64,000 nucleotides of DNA from Nitrospirota bacterium (GCA_963790205.1 CAWBNQ010000014.1:64001-128000), one strand, 5' to 3'; shown: positions 1-10,123, numbered from the stretch's first letter. The notes: generated by a model not told the origin, from the letters alone. Numbers and translations are program-made.

Positions 1-873
1 TCTTTTCCGGGACGCAGCGCCTTCGGCATCCGGTTGATGCAGTGCATGCAGCGGGTGCAGTCCTCGCCCTTGATCTTGAGAGTGCTGCCGTCGCAGCTCA
101 TGCATTTGGTCGGGCACATATCGATCGACTTCCGTCGGCGATGTTCATGCTCTTGGAAGTAGTTCTTGACCTCTGCCTGGTCGATCCGAATGGAGTCTCT
201 CCAGGTGCCGATGATGGACATGTCGGCGCGGGCAATCGCGGCCACACAGTCGTTGGCGCAGCCCGAAACCTTGATCTTGAACTTGTAGGGGAACGCGGGA
301 CGATGGAGCTCATCCTGGAACTTGTGGGTGAAGCGTATCGCAGATTTCCATGGTGTCGATGTTCGCGAACTCGCAGCGGGATTTGCCGGCACAGCAGCTC
401 GGGGTACGGAGGCAGGAGCCGGAGCCGCCGAGGTCCCAGCCCTTTGCCGTTGTTTCCGCGAAGATGGGCTCGAGCTTGTCGGTCTGCGTGCCGAGGAGGA
501 CGAGGTCGCCGGTGGAGCCGTGCATGTTCGTCAGGCCGCTGCCGTATTTGTCCCAGATATCCATGAGGTCGCGGAGCGCGCTCGACGTGTAGTAGAAGCC
601 GGCGGGCTGGTTGATACGAACGGTGTGAAAATGAGCGACTCCCGGGTATTCTTCCGGGAGGTCACAATAACGGCCGATAACGCCGCCGCCGTAACCAAGT
701 ACGCCCACGATACCGCCATGCTTCCAATGGGTAACCTTGTCCCGATATGATCTCTCAAGGATGTTGAGCAGATCTTGCGCCGTATTACTCTTTTTTGCTG
801 CCTTCTTGATCTCTTTTACGAAACTCGGCCATGCGCCTTTTTCCAAGTCATCAAGCATCGGTGTCTTACTCAT
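1..873 (-). CDS. dsrA: Dissimilatory sulfite reductase alpha subunit, runs off window start; reading frame broken by apparent single-base insertions (~331 and three at ~125-160)
   Basis: [52 protein letters not shown], Cx5C (CAGKSRC). After removing one T near 331 the frame continues [25 protein letters not shown]...[27 protein letters not shown] upstream. Confidence 0.95.
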
Positions 874-1144
874 TAGGAAATCCTCCTTATAGAATTATCT
901 CACGTGTAATCTTTTACAGGTCATCAGGGTTCGTTCATGTTTCCAGTAAACAACTGAACTCCCTTGAATCCGCAGCCGTCCGGAAACTGCGGGCTACAGA
1001 ATAGATATCAATTTACGGTGTACGGTCCCCCTTTCTCAAAAGTTTACAGAATCATAATCATAAATATATATATATGGAATTCGGTGGGCGGGCCTGACAA
1101 TCTGATTTCTCTTTATTATTAACTTAGTCATATTGAGACTTGAG

Positions 1145-1173
1145 ATTGTATGTTTAGTTCTACTTTTAGTCAA
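1145..1173 (-). promoter_or_regulatory. Probable sigma70 promoter of dsrA
   Basis: TTGACT-17 nt-TACAAT on the minus strand in AT-rich DNA upstream of dsrA. Confidence 0.55.
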
Positions 1174-1617
1174 ATAAAAAAAACTAATTAGACCATAACA
1201 GCCTGTAATTTGCACGATTTAGAATATACGAACAACAGTTAATAAATACAAAGAGTTATGGATTACGTGCTGTTGATATCGTTGCGACGGTTATAATAAG
1301 TAAATTGACCGCCACTGTTTGAAATAAAATCTGAAAACGTAATCCTATTCATAATCCAAATGTTATATTTCGTGGTGGTCCTCTGATGTTTTTAGATTGA
1401 AAATTCCGAACAACAGCAGTACGGATCCAGGAGCAATTAATTCGAAAATTTTTAGCACGCCATGCCCGTATTTCAACGTTTTTTCATAATTCAGCCAAAA
1501 TTATTACAATCCTTTCACCCTCTCCCGCCCCCAGGTGCTTCGCGCTATTTGACACCCCGGCAAAGTTCTGATACCATTAAGTCCGATCTCAGACCCTATG
1601 AAGGAAAGGAATTGACA

Positions 1618-2037
1618 ATGGTTGAAGCGAAAGTTACGCTCGTTAACAATATGCAGTTCGCCGGGGAAGCGGCCTCAGGCCACTCATTGATCATGGACGC
1701 CGATGATGAAGCCGGTGGCAAAAACGCCGGCTTCCGCCCCATGGAACTTTTGCTCGTCGGCTTCGGCGGCTGCTCAGGAATGGATGTAATATCCATTCTC
1801 CGGAAAAAAAGACAGCAGGTCACTGCCCTCGATATCAACGTGAAGGGCGTGAAGCAGGACTCCTACCCGAAAGTGTACAAGGAAGTCCATATCGAATATG
1901 TAGTAAAAGGGAAAGGCGTGGAAAAGGAAGCTGTGGAACGCGCTATTGCGCTCTCGCTGGAAAAGTATTGCTCCGTCGGCGCAACCCTCGCCAAAGCGGG
2001 GACGATCACGCACAGCTACAGGATCATCGAAGAGTGA
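1618..2037 (+). CDS. OsmC/YhfA family protein
   Basis: GFRPMELLLVGFGGCSGMDV and EKYCSV Cys motifs; start moved to ATG 1618 after the SD-like GGAAAGGA. Confidence 0.9.
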   Translation: MVEAKVTLVNNMQFAGEAASGHSLIMDADDEAGGKNAGFRPMELLLVGFGGCSGMDVISILRKKRQQVTALDINVKGVKQDSYPKVYKEVHIEYVVKGKGVEKEAVERAIALSLEKYCSVGATLAKAGTITHSYRIIEE

Positions 2038-2112
2038 TGCAGGTTGCAGTATATATGACATCAAGAGCGTTGTCAGTCATGTGACTTTGTATCATGGATC
2101 GTGGATACTGCA

Positions 2113-2781
2113 TCAACCCTTGGATTTTTTGATACTCTCCAGTTCCTTTTTCAGAGTATCAACCTGTACCTGGAGGTCTATGAACCGGTCGGCGATGGGG
2201 TCCGGAATGTGGACGTGGTCCATCAAGGCGTCCTCGGCGACCCGCTCGTCCTTGATCCGGACTATCCTCCCGGGGATGCCGACCACCGTGGAATGGTCCG
2301 GCACGTCCTGGAGCACGACCGAGTTGGCCCCGATCTTGACGTAATCGCCGATCTTGATGGGCCCCAGCACCTTGGCGCCCGCACCCACGACCACGTGGCC
2401 CCCCAGCGTCGGATGGCGTTTGCCTCGCTGCTTGCCGGTCCCTCCCAGCGTCACGCCCTGAAAGAGCGTCACGTTGTCGCCGATCTCGGCGGTCTCGCCG
2501 ATCACCACACCCATACCGTGATCGATGAACAGGCCCGAGCCGATGGTCGCTCCGGGGTGGATCTCGATACCGGTGATGAACCGGGCGAACTGCGACAGCG
2601 CCCGGGGAATGAACGGAACATGCTTCTTCAAAAGCCAATGAGCAAACCGGTAGAACAGAAGCGCATGGAAGCCCGCATAGGTAAGGGCGACCTCCACCTT
2701 GCTGGTAGCAGCCGGGTCCATGGACAGCGCGGCGTGAAAATCGTTTTTTATTTTTCGAAAAGTCTCGCGCATGATTTTCAC
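2113..2781 (-). CDS. cysE: Serine O-acetyltransferase (start GTG 2781 or ATG 2772)
   Basis: DPAA, TGIEIHPGATIG, FIDHGMGVVIGET, GKRHPTLG hexapeptide repeats. Confidence 0.95.
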   Translation of the reverse strand: MKIMRETFRKIKNDFHAALSMDPAATSKVEVALTYAGFHALLFYRFAHWLLKKHVPFIPRALSQFARFITGIEIHPGATIGSGLFIDHGMGVVIGETAEIGDNVTLFQGVTLGGTGKQRGKRHPTLGGHVVVGAGAKVLGPIKIGDYVKIGANSVVLQDVPDHSTVVGIPGRIVRIKDERVAEDALMDHVHIPDPIADRFIDLQVQVDTLKKELESIKKSKG

Positions 2782-2850
2782 GGGGAGCGTGAATCGTAAA
2801 AGGGCAGAATTTACTTCTTACTTCTTATTTCTCACTTCTCACTGCTTCTA

Positions 2851-3423
2851 TCACTCCCTCAGCCACCCGGGCGGGATCCCGGCCCTTCGCGCTTCTTCGG
2901 GGATCACCGTCTCGATCATGTTTTTTGCCTCATCGATCTCCAGCTGGACTTCATTCATTTTCTTTTGAATGTTTTCCGCCTCCACGCGTCCTTCAAGATG
3001 TCCGGAAGCGGGACCGCCCCATTGCCCCAGCGCTTCCAGGCGTTTCTGGTCAAGGTCCCGATAGCGATCCTGGGCCTCGGCAAGCCGTTTTTTCCAATCC
3101 CGAAGCCTCTTCTGCCATGCGGCTTTTGATGCGGCCTCTTGCTCCCCCGCGGCAACCTCTGACGAAGGTCCAGTTGTTTCCTGCACCTGCTGCCCCGGGC
3201 CGACCTCCTCCCCCCTGGGAATTTCTATTTTACGCGACTTCGAGCGGTATCGTTCCGGAACCTCACCCAGATTGTCGGTGATATGCACGCCGCCCTTGCT
3301 GTCCGTCCACTCAAAGAGGTACTGTTTTTTTACATCTTTGTTTCCGGCCTGATCGCCGGTCTGCGCAAGAGCAGCCAGGGCAAGAACCGTCAGGACCATT
3401 ACGGTAGCAATAAGTGTGCGCAT
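2851..3423 (-). CDS. Secreted DUF4124-like protein with coiled-coil C-terminus
   Basis: Signal peptide, then the WTDSKGGVHITD motif; ends in AGIPPGWLR. Confidence 0.7.
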   Translation of the reverse strand: MRTLIATVMVLTVLALAALAQTGDQAGNKDVKKQYLFEWTDSKGGVHITDNLGEVPERYRSKSRKIEIPRGEEVGPGQQVQETTGPSSEVAAGEQEAASKAAWQKRLRDWKKRLAEAQDRYRDLDQKRLEALGQWGGPASGHLEGRVEAENIQKKMNEVQLEIDEAKNMIETVIPEEARRAGIPPGWLRE

Positions 3424-3460
3424 CTTTCACTCCCATCCCGGTCTCCAGCGGAACTCGGCC

Positions 3461-3931
3461 CTATTGCCGGAGCGTACAGACCGCGTACGCCGCGATCCCC
3501 TCGCCTTTGCCGGCGAACCCAAGTCCTTCGGTCGTCGTGGCCTTGACGTTGACGGCAGACTGGTCGGCTTTGACCGCCGAAGCGATGTTCGCGACCATTG
3601 CCGGGATGTGCGGCGCCATCTTCGGCCGTTCCGCAACGATGGTCGCATCGATGTTGTTCACGCGAAACCCGGCATCGGTGAGCAGCCGGTGAACCTCGGC
3701 AAGCAGGGCAAGGCTGGAGATGTCTTTGTATTTCGGAGTCGTGTCGAGGAAATGCCGCCCGATATCACCGAGCCCCGCAGCGCCGAGCAGCGCGTCGCAG
3801 ATAGCGTGAAGCAGCACGTCCGCATCCGAGTGGCCGAGCAGTCCTTTTTCGTTGGGGATTTCCACGCCGCCCATCATGAGCTTTCTGCCTTCGACGAGGC
3901 GGTGGACATCATAACCCATGCCGATTCGCAT
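3461..3931 (-). CDS. ispF: 2-C-methyl-D-erythritol 2,4-cyclodiphosphate synthase
   Basis: [32 protein letters not shown]. Confidence 0.97.
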   Translation of the reverse strand: MRIGMGYDVHRLVEGRKLMMGGVEIPNEKGLLGHSDADVLLHAICDALLGAAGLGDIGRHFLDTTPKYKDISSLALLAEVHRLLTDAGFRVNNIDATIVAERPKMAPHIPAMVANIASAVKADQSAVNVKATTTEGLGFAGKGEGIAAYAVCTLRQ

Positions 3932-3932
3932 G

Positions 3933-4622
3933 TCACCTTCTCTTGAGGATTTCTTCCGCAAGGACAAGGTCCCCGGGCGTGGTAATCTTGATGTTTTCGT
4001 AGCTTCCCATGATCACCCGGACCTTGCCGCCCGCCCGCTCGACCAGCGTGGCGTCGTCGGTCCCGAATATGCGGTGTTCGTATGATTCCTCGTAGGCGCG
4101 CTTGAGCGCCTTAAAGGGAAAAGCCTGGGGCGTCTGGATGGCCCAGAGCCTGCTCCGCTCCAGAGTGTGGCGAACGAGGCCTTTGTCGTCAACTTCCTTG
4201 ATCGTGTCCTTCAAGGGCACGCCCACGACGACACACTCGCCCTTTTTGGCGAGTTCGACGCTCTCCCTGATCATTTCTGCCGTGACGAAGGGCCGCACAC
4301 CGTCATGCACAAGCACGACCGATGCGTCCTTGTCGAGCTTTTTCAGTCCGTTCATCACGGAATCCTGCCGTTCCTTGCCGCCAACGACGAGCGTCTTCAC
4401 CTTGGTGATATGATACTGTTCGATGATGTCCCTGAGGCAGCTCTCCATATCTTCTTTTGAGAGGACGGGGATAATCTCGTCGATTTCGGCGGCACGCTGG
4501 AATGCGAGGAGCGTATGGGCCAGCATGGGCTTGTCGCCGAGAGGGAGGAACTGCTTTGCAACCGCTTTTCCCATCCTCCTGCCCATGCCCGCTGCGGGTA
4601 TGAGTGCCGTTACCTTAGACAT
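3933..4622 (-). CDS. ispD: 2-C-methyl-D-erythritol 4-phosphate cytidylyltransferase
   Basis: [38 protein letters not shown]. Confidence 0.97.
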   Translation of the reverse strand: MSKVTALIPAAGMGRRMGKAVAKQFLPLGDKPMLAHTLLAFQRAAEIDEIIPVLSKEDMESCLRDIIEQYHITKVKTLVVGGKERQDSVMNGLKKLDKDASVVLVHDGVRPFVTAEMIRESVELAKKGECVVVGVPLKDTIKEVDDKGLVRHTLERSRLWAIQTPQAFPFKALKRAYEESYEHRIFGTDDATLVERAGGKVRVIMGSYENIKITTPGDLVLAEEILKRR

Positions 4623-4794
4623 CAGGTGCCTCTAAAAAAATCCCCAAATGACAAATAACAAATCTCAAATACTATCCAAATTCAAGATATCGATTTCCAG
4701 AACATCTTAAATTTCGTTCTTGGCCTTGAAGCCTGTTTGTGATTTGATGTGGGAATTGTTATCCGCCGCTTCTTCCGCAGGGCGCAGCGGCCGC

Positions 4795-5718
4795 TCATTT
4801 CTTGAAATTCTTCACAACCACCTTAAACCGCTTTGCAAGCGGCGCATCCGCATCGATCGAGACCCGGAGCTGAAACTGGTCGTCTTTGTTCTGCGTCAGC
4901 ACATCGAAGGGAAGTATGATCTGCCCGTCTTCCATGAAGGGCTTGCCGAGATTGACCTTCATCCCCGCGTCCACCGCCTGCTCGAGCGCGGCCATCTCGG
5001 GTTTTGCCTCGGCCATGGGCGCGCCGGGCATCGAAGGCTCCGCGGTCATGGCTTCCTTCCGGATATTCTTCGGCGCTGACGGTTTTTTCTCGCCCTTGCT
5101 GATGATATCGCCCAGCGTGAAGTTGTGGCGCTCGGGGTTCTTTTGCATATCCTGAAGCACGAGCTTGGAAATGGCGGTGAATGTCTTGAGAACGCCTTCC
5201 CCGGTCATGGCAACCGCTTCATAGTGCGGAACGTCGCGGGGGTTTAGAGCCGCGTTCAATTCCTCGACGGACATGAGGTCCGGCAAGTCCCGCTTGTTAT
5301 ACTGGATCACCACGGGGAAATCATTCAAGTTCACGCCCTGATCGGCAAAGTTGTCGCGGAGGTTCGCCATGCTTTCAACATTGGCGTCGAGCATGGCCCG
5401 CTGCGAATCAGCGACGAAGATCACCCCGTCGGCGCCCTTGAGCACGAGCTTGCGGGTGGCATTGTAGAAAACCTGGCCGGGCACGGTGTAGAGGTGAAAG
5501 CGCACTTTATAGTTTTTGATGGTCCCGAGCTCTACCGGAAGGAAGTCGAAGAACAGCGTCCGGTCCGTCTCCGTCGCAAGCGAGATGAGCTTGCCCCGCT
5601 GCCCCGGAGCGATCCGGTGGTAGATAAGATGGATGTTCGTCGTTTTCCCGCACAGGCCGGGCCCGTAGTAAACGATCTTTGCGTTGATCTCGCGAGTGGT
5701 ATGATTAACGAGCGCCAT
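4795..5718 (-). CDS. mglA: MglA-family small GTPase with ~110-aa C-terminal extension
   Basis: KIVYYGPGLCGKTTN, TDRTLFFDFLP, YTVPGQVFY, QYNKRDL. Confidence 0.85.
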   Translation of the reverse strand: MALVNHTTREINAKIVYYGPGLCGKTTNIHLIYHRIAPGQRGKLISLATETDRTLFFDFLPVELGTIKNYKVRFHLYTVPGQVFYNATRKLVLKGADGVIFVADSQRAMLDANVESMANLRDNFADQGVNLNDFPVVIQYNKRDLPDLMSVEELNAALNPRDVPHYEAVAMTGEGVLKTFTAISKLVLQDMQKNPERHNFTLGDIISKGEKKPSAPKNIRKEAMTAEPSMPGAPMAEAKPEMAALEQAVDAGMKVNLGKPFMEDGQIILPFDVLTQNKDDQFQLRVSIDADAPLAKRFKVVVKNFKK

Positions 5719-5766
5719 GTCACCATAATTACATAAAAAGAATAGTATGTCAATACTGCGGAACTA

Positions 5767-6582
5767 TTATGACTGAGGCACGAGGATTTCCAGCGCCCGC
5801 GCATGCAGTCTCTCGTTCGCGCTCGCGAGCAAGGGCACGGTCCTCTCAAGACCCACGGCAACGGAGTCGACCGTCATGCCGTTGATATCGGTGACCACGC
5901 CGTCGGCCTCTTCGAGGATCAGCATCCCTGCCGCGAAATCGAAGGTGCGCGCGGGATTGGCGATCACGAGCAGGCTGAGCGCCCCCGAGGCGGCATAGGC
6001 AAGATCGAGCGCCACCGACCCGAAGCAGCGGGTGCGCTTCGCCTGCCGGATGAGCGGCATGAGCTTTGGGATATCGGTGCCCGGTGACGACGCCTCGTAG
6101 GCAACGATCGTGATGCCTTCCGTCGCCGAAGTCCTGATCCGCTTGCCGTTCTTATACGCGCCCTGAGCGCGCACGGCCCAGAATTCGTCGCCCATTGCGA
6201 GGTTAACAACATACCCCACAGCCAGCGTGGACAGCGTTTCGCCGTTCAGGAGCGCCAGGGAAGTGGAAAAGAACGGAATGCCGCTCTTCGCGTTATTGCT
6301 CCCGTCGATGGGGTCCACCAGCACGATCTTTTTACCGTCGCCGAACTTCCTGATCCCGAGCTCTTCGGAGATGAGCGTGAAGGACTCGCCTGCCTTGTGC
6401 GCTTTTTCGAGCGCCGCAATGACGATGTCCTCCGCCCACTTGTCCACGGGAAAGGTCTTGTCGCCTCCGGCGCCCTTGCCGAGCGGCACCATGCCGCCCT
6501 CCTTGCTCAGGATCACCGACAGACCGTCGCGCATCTTCTTGCCGATGCCTTTGAATACTTCCAGCCATTGTTCGTTGTCCAT
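5767..6582 (-). CDS. Inositol monophosphatase / fructose-1,6-bisphosphatase family protein (archaeal-like bifunctional type)
   Basis: GAGGD..VDKWAE, SEE, VDPIDGSNN, FGSVALDL, DFAAG. Confidence 0.85.
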   Translation of the reverse strand: MDNEQWLEVFKGIGKKMRDGLSVILSKEGGMVPLGKGAGGDKTFPVDKWAEDIVIAALEKAHKAGESFTLISEELGIRKFGDGKKIVLVDPIDGSNNAKSGIPFFSTSLALLNGETLSTLAVGYVVNLAMGDEFWAVRAQGAYKNGKRIRTSATEGITIVAYEASSPGTDIPKLMPLIRQAKRTRCFGSVALDLAYAASGALSLLVIANPARTFDFAAGMLILEEADGVVTDINGMTVDSVAVGLERTVPLLASANERLHARALEILVPQS

Positions 6583-6596
6583 GAAAACTCCTTGAA

Positions 6597-6620
6597 TAGG
6601 GGTCAGGGTACAGGGTAAAG
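6597..6620 (+). repeat. Heptamer array, left arm flanking the four-helix-bundle gene
   Basis: AGGGGTC AGGGTAC AGGGTAA; inverted relative to the 7011-7086 array. Confidence 0.6.
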
Positions 6621-6623
6621 CAA

Positions 6624-6986
6624 TCAAGACAATGATTTAATCAATCCCTGAAGCATTTTCATCGTTTCATGCCTTTTGTCATTCACATGATTAAAATCCT
6701 CGATGGTCATATACCTGAGGTCACGTGCCAGCGATAAGAGCGTGTCGAGCTCTCCCAATGATCCCTTTGCGATAAAAAGAAACTGAAGATATTCTTTTCT
6801 ATGATTTCGTTCGTATCCTTCGGCGATGTTCGCTGGAACGGAGACGGCTGATCTTTGAAGCTGAGAGGTCAACCCATAGATTTCTGTTTTAGGAAACTTC
6901 TTGGTTATACGATAAAGGTCCAATGTCAGTCCATACGCACGTTGCCAAACATTCAAATCCCGAAATCCGGTTATTTTGTTCTCCAT
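6624..6986 (-). CDS. Four-helix-bundle protein (23S rRNA-IVP/bAvd-like family)
   Basis: FRDLNVWQ, FPKTEIYGLTSQLQRSAVSVPANIAEG, FLFIAKGSLGEL. Confidence 0.93.
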   Translation of the reverse strand: MENKITGFRDLNVWQRAYGLTLDLYRITKKFPKTEIYGLTSQLQRSAVSVPANIAEGYERNHRKEYLQFLFIAKGSLGELDTLLSLARDLRYMTIEDFNHVNDKRHETMKMLQGLIKSLS

Positions 6987-7010
6987 CGTCGCTCCTTCTT
7001 GTTTGCCGTC

Positions 7011-7086
7011 CTGCCCCCCGTCCCCTATCCCCTGAACCCTGCCCCCTATATTCTCCTGTCCCCTGCACCCTGAACCCTGGCCCCTC
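7011..7086 (+). repeat. Heptamer array, right arm; also encodes the UvrC C-terminus
   Basis: CCCCTAT CCCCTGA ACCCTGC CCCCTAT ... CCCCTGC ACCCTGA ACCCTGG CCCCT. Confidence 0.7.
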
Positions 7087-8899
7087 GAAAATAGTTTGCG
7101 ATTTCCTCCGCCGTTTTCTTCGTCATCCCTTTCACCGCTGCCAGTTCCTCCGCCGTAGCCTGCCTGATCTTCCCGATACTGCCGAAATGGCGGAGAAGCG
7201 CTTTCTTCCTTACCTCGCCGATGCCGGGAATATCATCAAGCTCCGAATGTACCGCCCGCTTTTCACGGAGTTTCCGGTGATAGGCGATGGCAAAGCGATG
7301 CGCTTCGTCGCGCGCGCGCGCCACCAGGTGCGTGGTCGCGCTCGTGGGTTCGAGGATGACCGGCTCTTCCACTCCGGGGAGGAAGACCCGCTCGAATTCC
7401 CTATCAGATCCTTCTTCGCCGCTCCGCGCCTTGGCAAGCCCGATCACATCGGGCCCTTCGATCCCCAGATCCTTGAGCACATCGAGCGTGGCGTTCAGCT
7501 GCCCCTTGCCGCCGTCGATCAGGATCAGATCGGGGAGCGCACCCTCTTCTTTCGCCGACCGGTACCGTCGCCGGATCACCTCTGCCATGCTCGCGAAATC
7601 GTCCTGGCCGGAGACCGTCCTGATCTTGAACTTCTTATAATTTCTCTTGTCCGGGAGGTTGTCCTCGAAGCTGACCATGCTCGCCACGGATTCCGTTCCC
7701 TGGATGGTGGAAATGTCGAAGGCCTCGATCCTGCGCGGCAGGTTCTTGAGCCCCAGCTCTTCCTGGAGCCCCATGAGTATACGCTCTTTGCTCCTGCGGG
7801 ACAAGAGATGTTCCCGGAGCGACTGCGCCGCATTGTCCGAGGCCATCTGCACGAGTTCTCGTTTCCTGCCGCGCTGCGGCATGAACATCTCCACCCTGGC
7901 GTTTCGTTTTTCCGTGAGCCAGGTCTCAAACACTCCCCGGTCCCGGACCTCGATGGGAAGTAGTATCTCTTCGGGAACGATCATCTCCTTGGAGTAGAAC
8001 TGGCGCAGAAAATCGTCCAAAACTTCTTCTTGCGTCATACCTCGCACGTCATCGAGATAAAAATCCTTGCGTCCGAGAAGCATGCCGTTTCTCACAAAGA
8101 GCGCCTGGATGTCCGCGCGGCCCCCTTCGAAGGCAATGCCGATAACGTCCTGGTTCTCAAAGTTCGACGAAATGATCTTCTGCTTCTCCAGCGCTCCCTC
8201 GATCTTGGTGATTCGGTCCCGCAGTTCGGCCGCCCGTTCGTAGTCCATTTTCTCCGACGCCTCTTCCATGCGCTGTTTCAGCAGGTCGATGAGGTCCCGG
8301 TTCTTGCCCTCAAGGAAAAGGCGCACTTGACTGACCAGGTCCTGATACTGGGTCTTGTCCGCCTCACCCGAACAGGGCGCAATGCAGCGGCCGATCTGAA
8401 ACTGGATACAGGGCCGGCCCGGTTTTTCCGCCTTGAATTCCATTTTGCACGGCGCGATCGGGAAGGTGCGGCGTATGAGCGCGAGCGACTCCCACATCCC
8501 TCCTGCAGGGACATAAGGGCCGTAGTAGAGCGCGCCGTCCTTTTTGAGCCTCCGTACGACTTCGAGACGGGGATATTCGGATCTGATGTCGAAACGGAGA
8601 TAGGGATAGTTCTTGTCGTCCCGGAGAATGATGTTGTACTTGGGCCTGTGCTTTTTGATGAGGTTGGACTCCAGGGCCAGGGCTTCGAGCTCCGTGTGGG
8701 TCACGATGATCTCGATGTCCGCGATCTGACGCACCATGATCTCGGTCTTCTCGCCCTTCGTCCCCTTCTGAAAATACGAACGCACCCGGTTCCAGAGGGA
8801 CACGGCCTTGCCGATGTAGATCACGTGCCCCTTCGCGTCCTTCATGATATAGACTCCCGGCTCCTCCGGGAGGTTCTGGAGCTTTTCTTCGAGGGTCAT
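7046..8899 (-). CDS. uvrC: Excinuclease ABC subunit C
   Basis: GIY-YIG (PGVY...YIGKA), RIEAFDIS, DDFASM, LIDGGKGQL, RDEAHRFA, HhH motifs; start at MTLEEKL. Confidence 0.97.
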   Translation of the reverse strand: MTLEEKLQNLPEEPGVYIMKDAKGHVIYIGKAVSLWNRVRSYFQKGTKGEKTEIMVRQIADIEIIVTHTELEALALESNLIKKHRPKYNIILRDDKNYPYLRFDIRSEYPRLEVVRRLKKDGALYYGPYVPAGGMWESLALIRRTFPIAPCKMEFKAEKPGRPCIQFQIGRCIAPCSGEADKTQYQDLVSQVRLFLEGKNRDLIDLLKQRMEEASEKMDYERAAELRDRITKIEGALEKQKIISSNFENQDVIGIAFEGGRADIQALFVRNGMLLGRKDFYLDDVRGMTQEEVLDDFLRQFYSKEMIVPEEILLPIEVRDRGVFETWLTEKRNARVEMFMPQRGRKRELVQMASDNAAQSLREHLLSRRSKERILMGLQEELGLKNLPRRIEAFDISTIQGTESVASMVSFEDNLPDKRNYKKFKIRTVSGQDDFASMAEVIRRRYRSAKEEGALPDLILIDGGKGQLNATLDVLKDLGIEGPDVIGLAKARSGEEGSDREFERVFLPGVEEPVILEPTSATTHLVARARDEAHRFAIAYHRKLREKRAVHSELDDIPGIGEVRKKALLRHFGSIGKIRQATAEELAAVKGMTKKTAEEIANYFRGARVQGAGDRRI

Positions 8900-9076
8900 T
8901 GCAGGATTATTGTACCACGGATTGATTCCGTTAGAAATGAAGATATTCCTCGACGTGAACACGGACGGACCCGATACATTCTGGGATGGGAAGCGGGAGG
9001 AATAAGGGTTTGTTTGATACTGCGCGGGGAGCACGGTTCGCTTGCGTGCTCCCCGTCCTGGTTCCATGCTGTCTTA

Positions 9077-10123
9077 CTAATCCAATTTCGGTTTGGGTGT
9101 GCTGTCCGATGATGCCGGCAGGACAGGATATACCACCGCAGGTTGTTCGCCGGTGGTGCTCTGGAGGAATGCCTCTATCCGGCCAACCTCCTTCTGGTTC
9201 AGGGTTATACCCAGTTGTGCATTACCCATGATCTCAACGGCATCTTTGAGGCCCCACACCTTCCCTGAGTGGAAGTAGGGCGGCGTGAGGGCGATGTTCC
9301 TGAGCGAAGGAGCCTTGAACAGGTACTCGTCCGACTTCATCCCGGTCACCTTGAACCGTCCCTTGTCTCCGGCCATGATCTCTTCCGTGGGCTTCTCCAC
9401 GACGCCAAAGGGGAAGTACGCGCTCCCGCCCATGTTCACGCCTCCGTGGCAGGCTGCGCAGCCCTTGTCCATGAAGAGCTTGAGCCCTTCCTTTTCCGAG
9501 GAGGTCAATGCGTTTTTCGTGCCGCCGAGGTACCGGTCGAAGGCCGATTGCGGCGTAATGAGCGTCGCCTCGAATACGGCGATGGCCTTTGCCATGTTTT
9601 CAAAGGTGACGGGGTCCTTGTCAACAGAGAAGGACTTCTTGAATAAAGCGACATACTCGGGCATACTCTTGATCGTTTCCATGGCCCGTGCAGGCGTGTT
9701 GTTCATCTCCACCGAGGCCTGCACCGGCCCTTTGGCCTGCTGCTCAAGATCAGGCGCCCTGCCGTCCCAGAACTGCGCCATGTTAAATACGGAGTTCAAT
9801 ACGGTCGGGGCGTTCCTCGGACCCTTCTGCCACTTATGGCCAACAGAGGTCTCCTGAAAGTCCACGCCGCCCATGCCGATGTTATGGCAGGTGTTGCAGC
9901 TGATGAGGCCGCTTGCGGAAAGCCTCGGGTCGAAATAGAGCATCTTGCCAAGGACGACCTTCTCGGGTGTAGCCTGGTTGTCGGCGATGACGGGTGGGAC
10001 CGAGGGTAGGGCCTTGAACATCTTCTGCGCCCGTGAGATGAGCGCCTCATCTTCACCAGCAGAGGCCCCCGCTGCGACTGCAAGAGCAAAAAGCACGATC
10101 ACGATAAAGGGAACGGATTTCAT
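9077..10123 (-). CDS. Bacterial diheme cytochrome c peroxidase (canonical CcpA type)
   Basis: Signal peptide; CNTCH and CAACH; GHKWQKGPRNAPT, QFWDGRA, PYFHSG, AVEIMG. Confidence 0.93.
   Translation of the reverse strand: MKSVPFIVIVLFALAVAAGASAGEDEALISRAQKMFKALPSVPPVIADNQATPEKVVLGKMLYFDPRLSASGLISCNTCHNIGMGGVDFQETSVGHKWQKGPRNAPTVLNSVFNMAQFWDGRAPDLEQQAKGPVQASVEMNNTPARAMETIKSMPEYVALFKKSFSVDKDPVTFENMAKAIAVFEATLITPQSAFDRYLGGTKNALTSSEKEGLKLFMDKGCAACHGGVNMGGSAYFPFGVVEKPTEEIMAGDKGRFKVTGMKSDEYLFKAPSLRNIALTPPYFHSGKVWGLKDAVEIMGNAQLGITLNQKEVGRIEAFLQSTTGEQPAVVYPVLPASSDSTPKPKLD

Noticed and set aside
6624..6986. Diversity-generating retroelement (Avd-like gene)
   Set aside because: No reverse transcriptase and no TR/VR repeat pair in the window.
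8900..9067. N-terminal extensions of uvrC and, similarly, folA, pssA, leuA, the second peroxidase and xre
   Set aside because: Homology starts later, and promoters or SD sequences lie inside the extensions.
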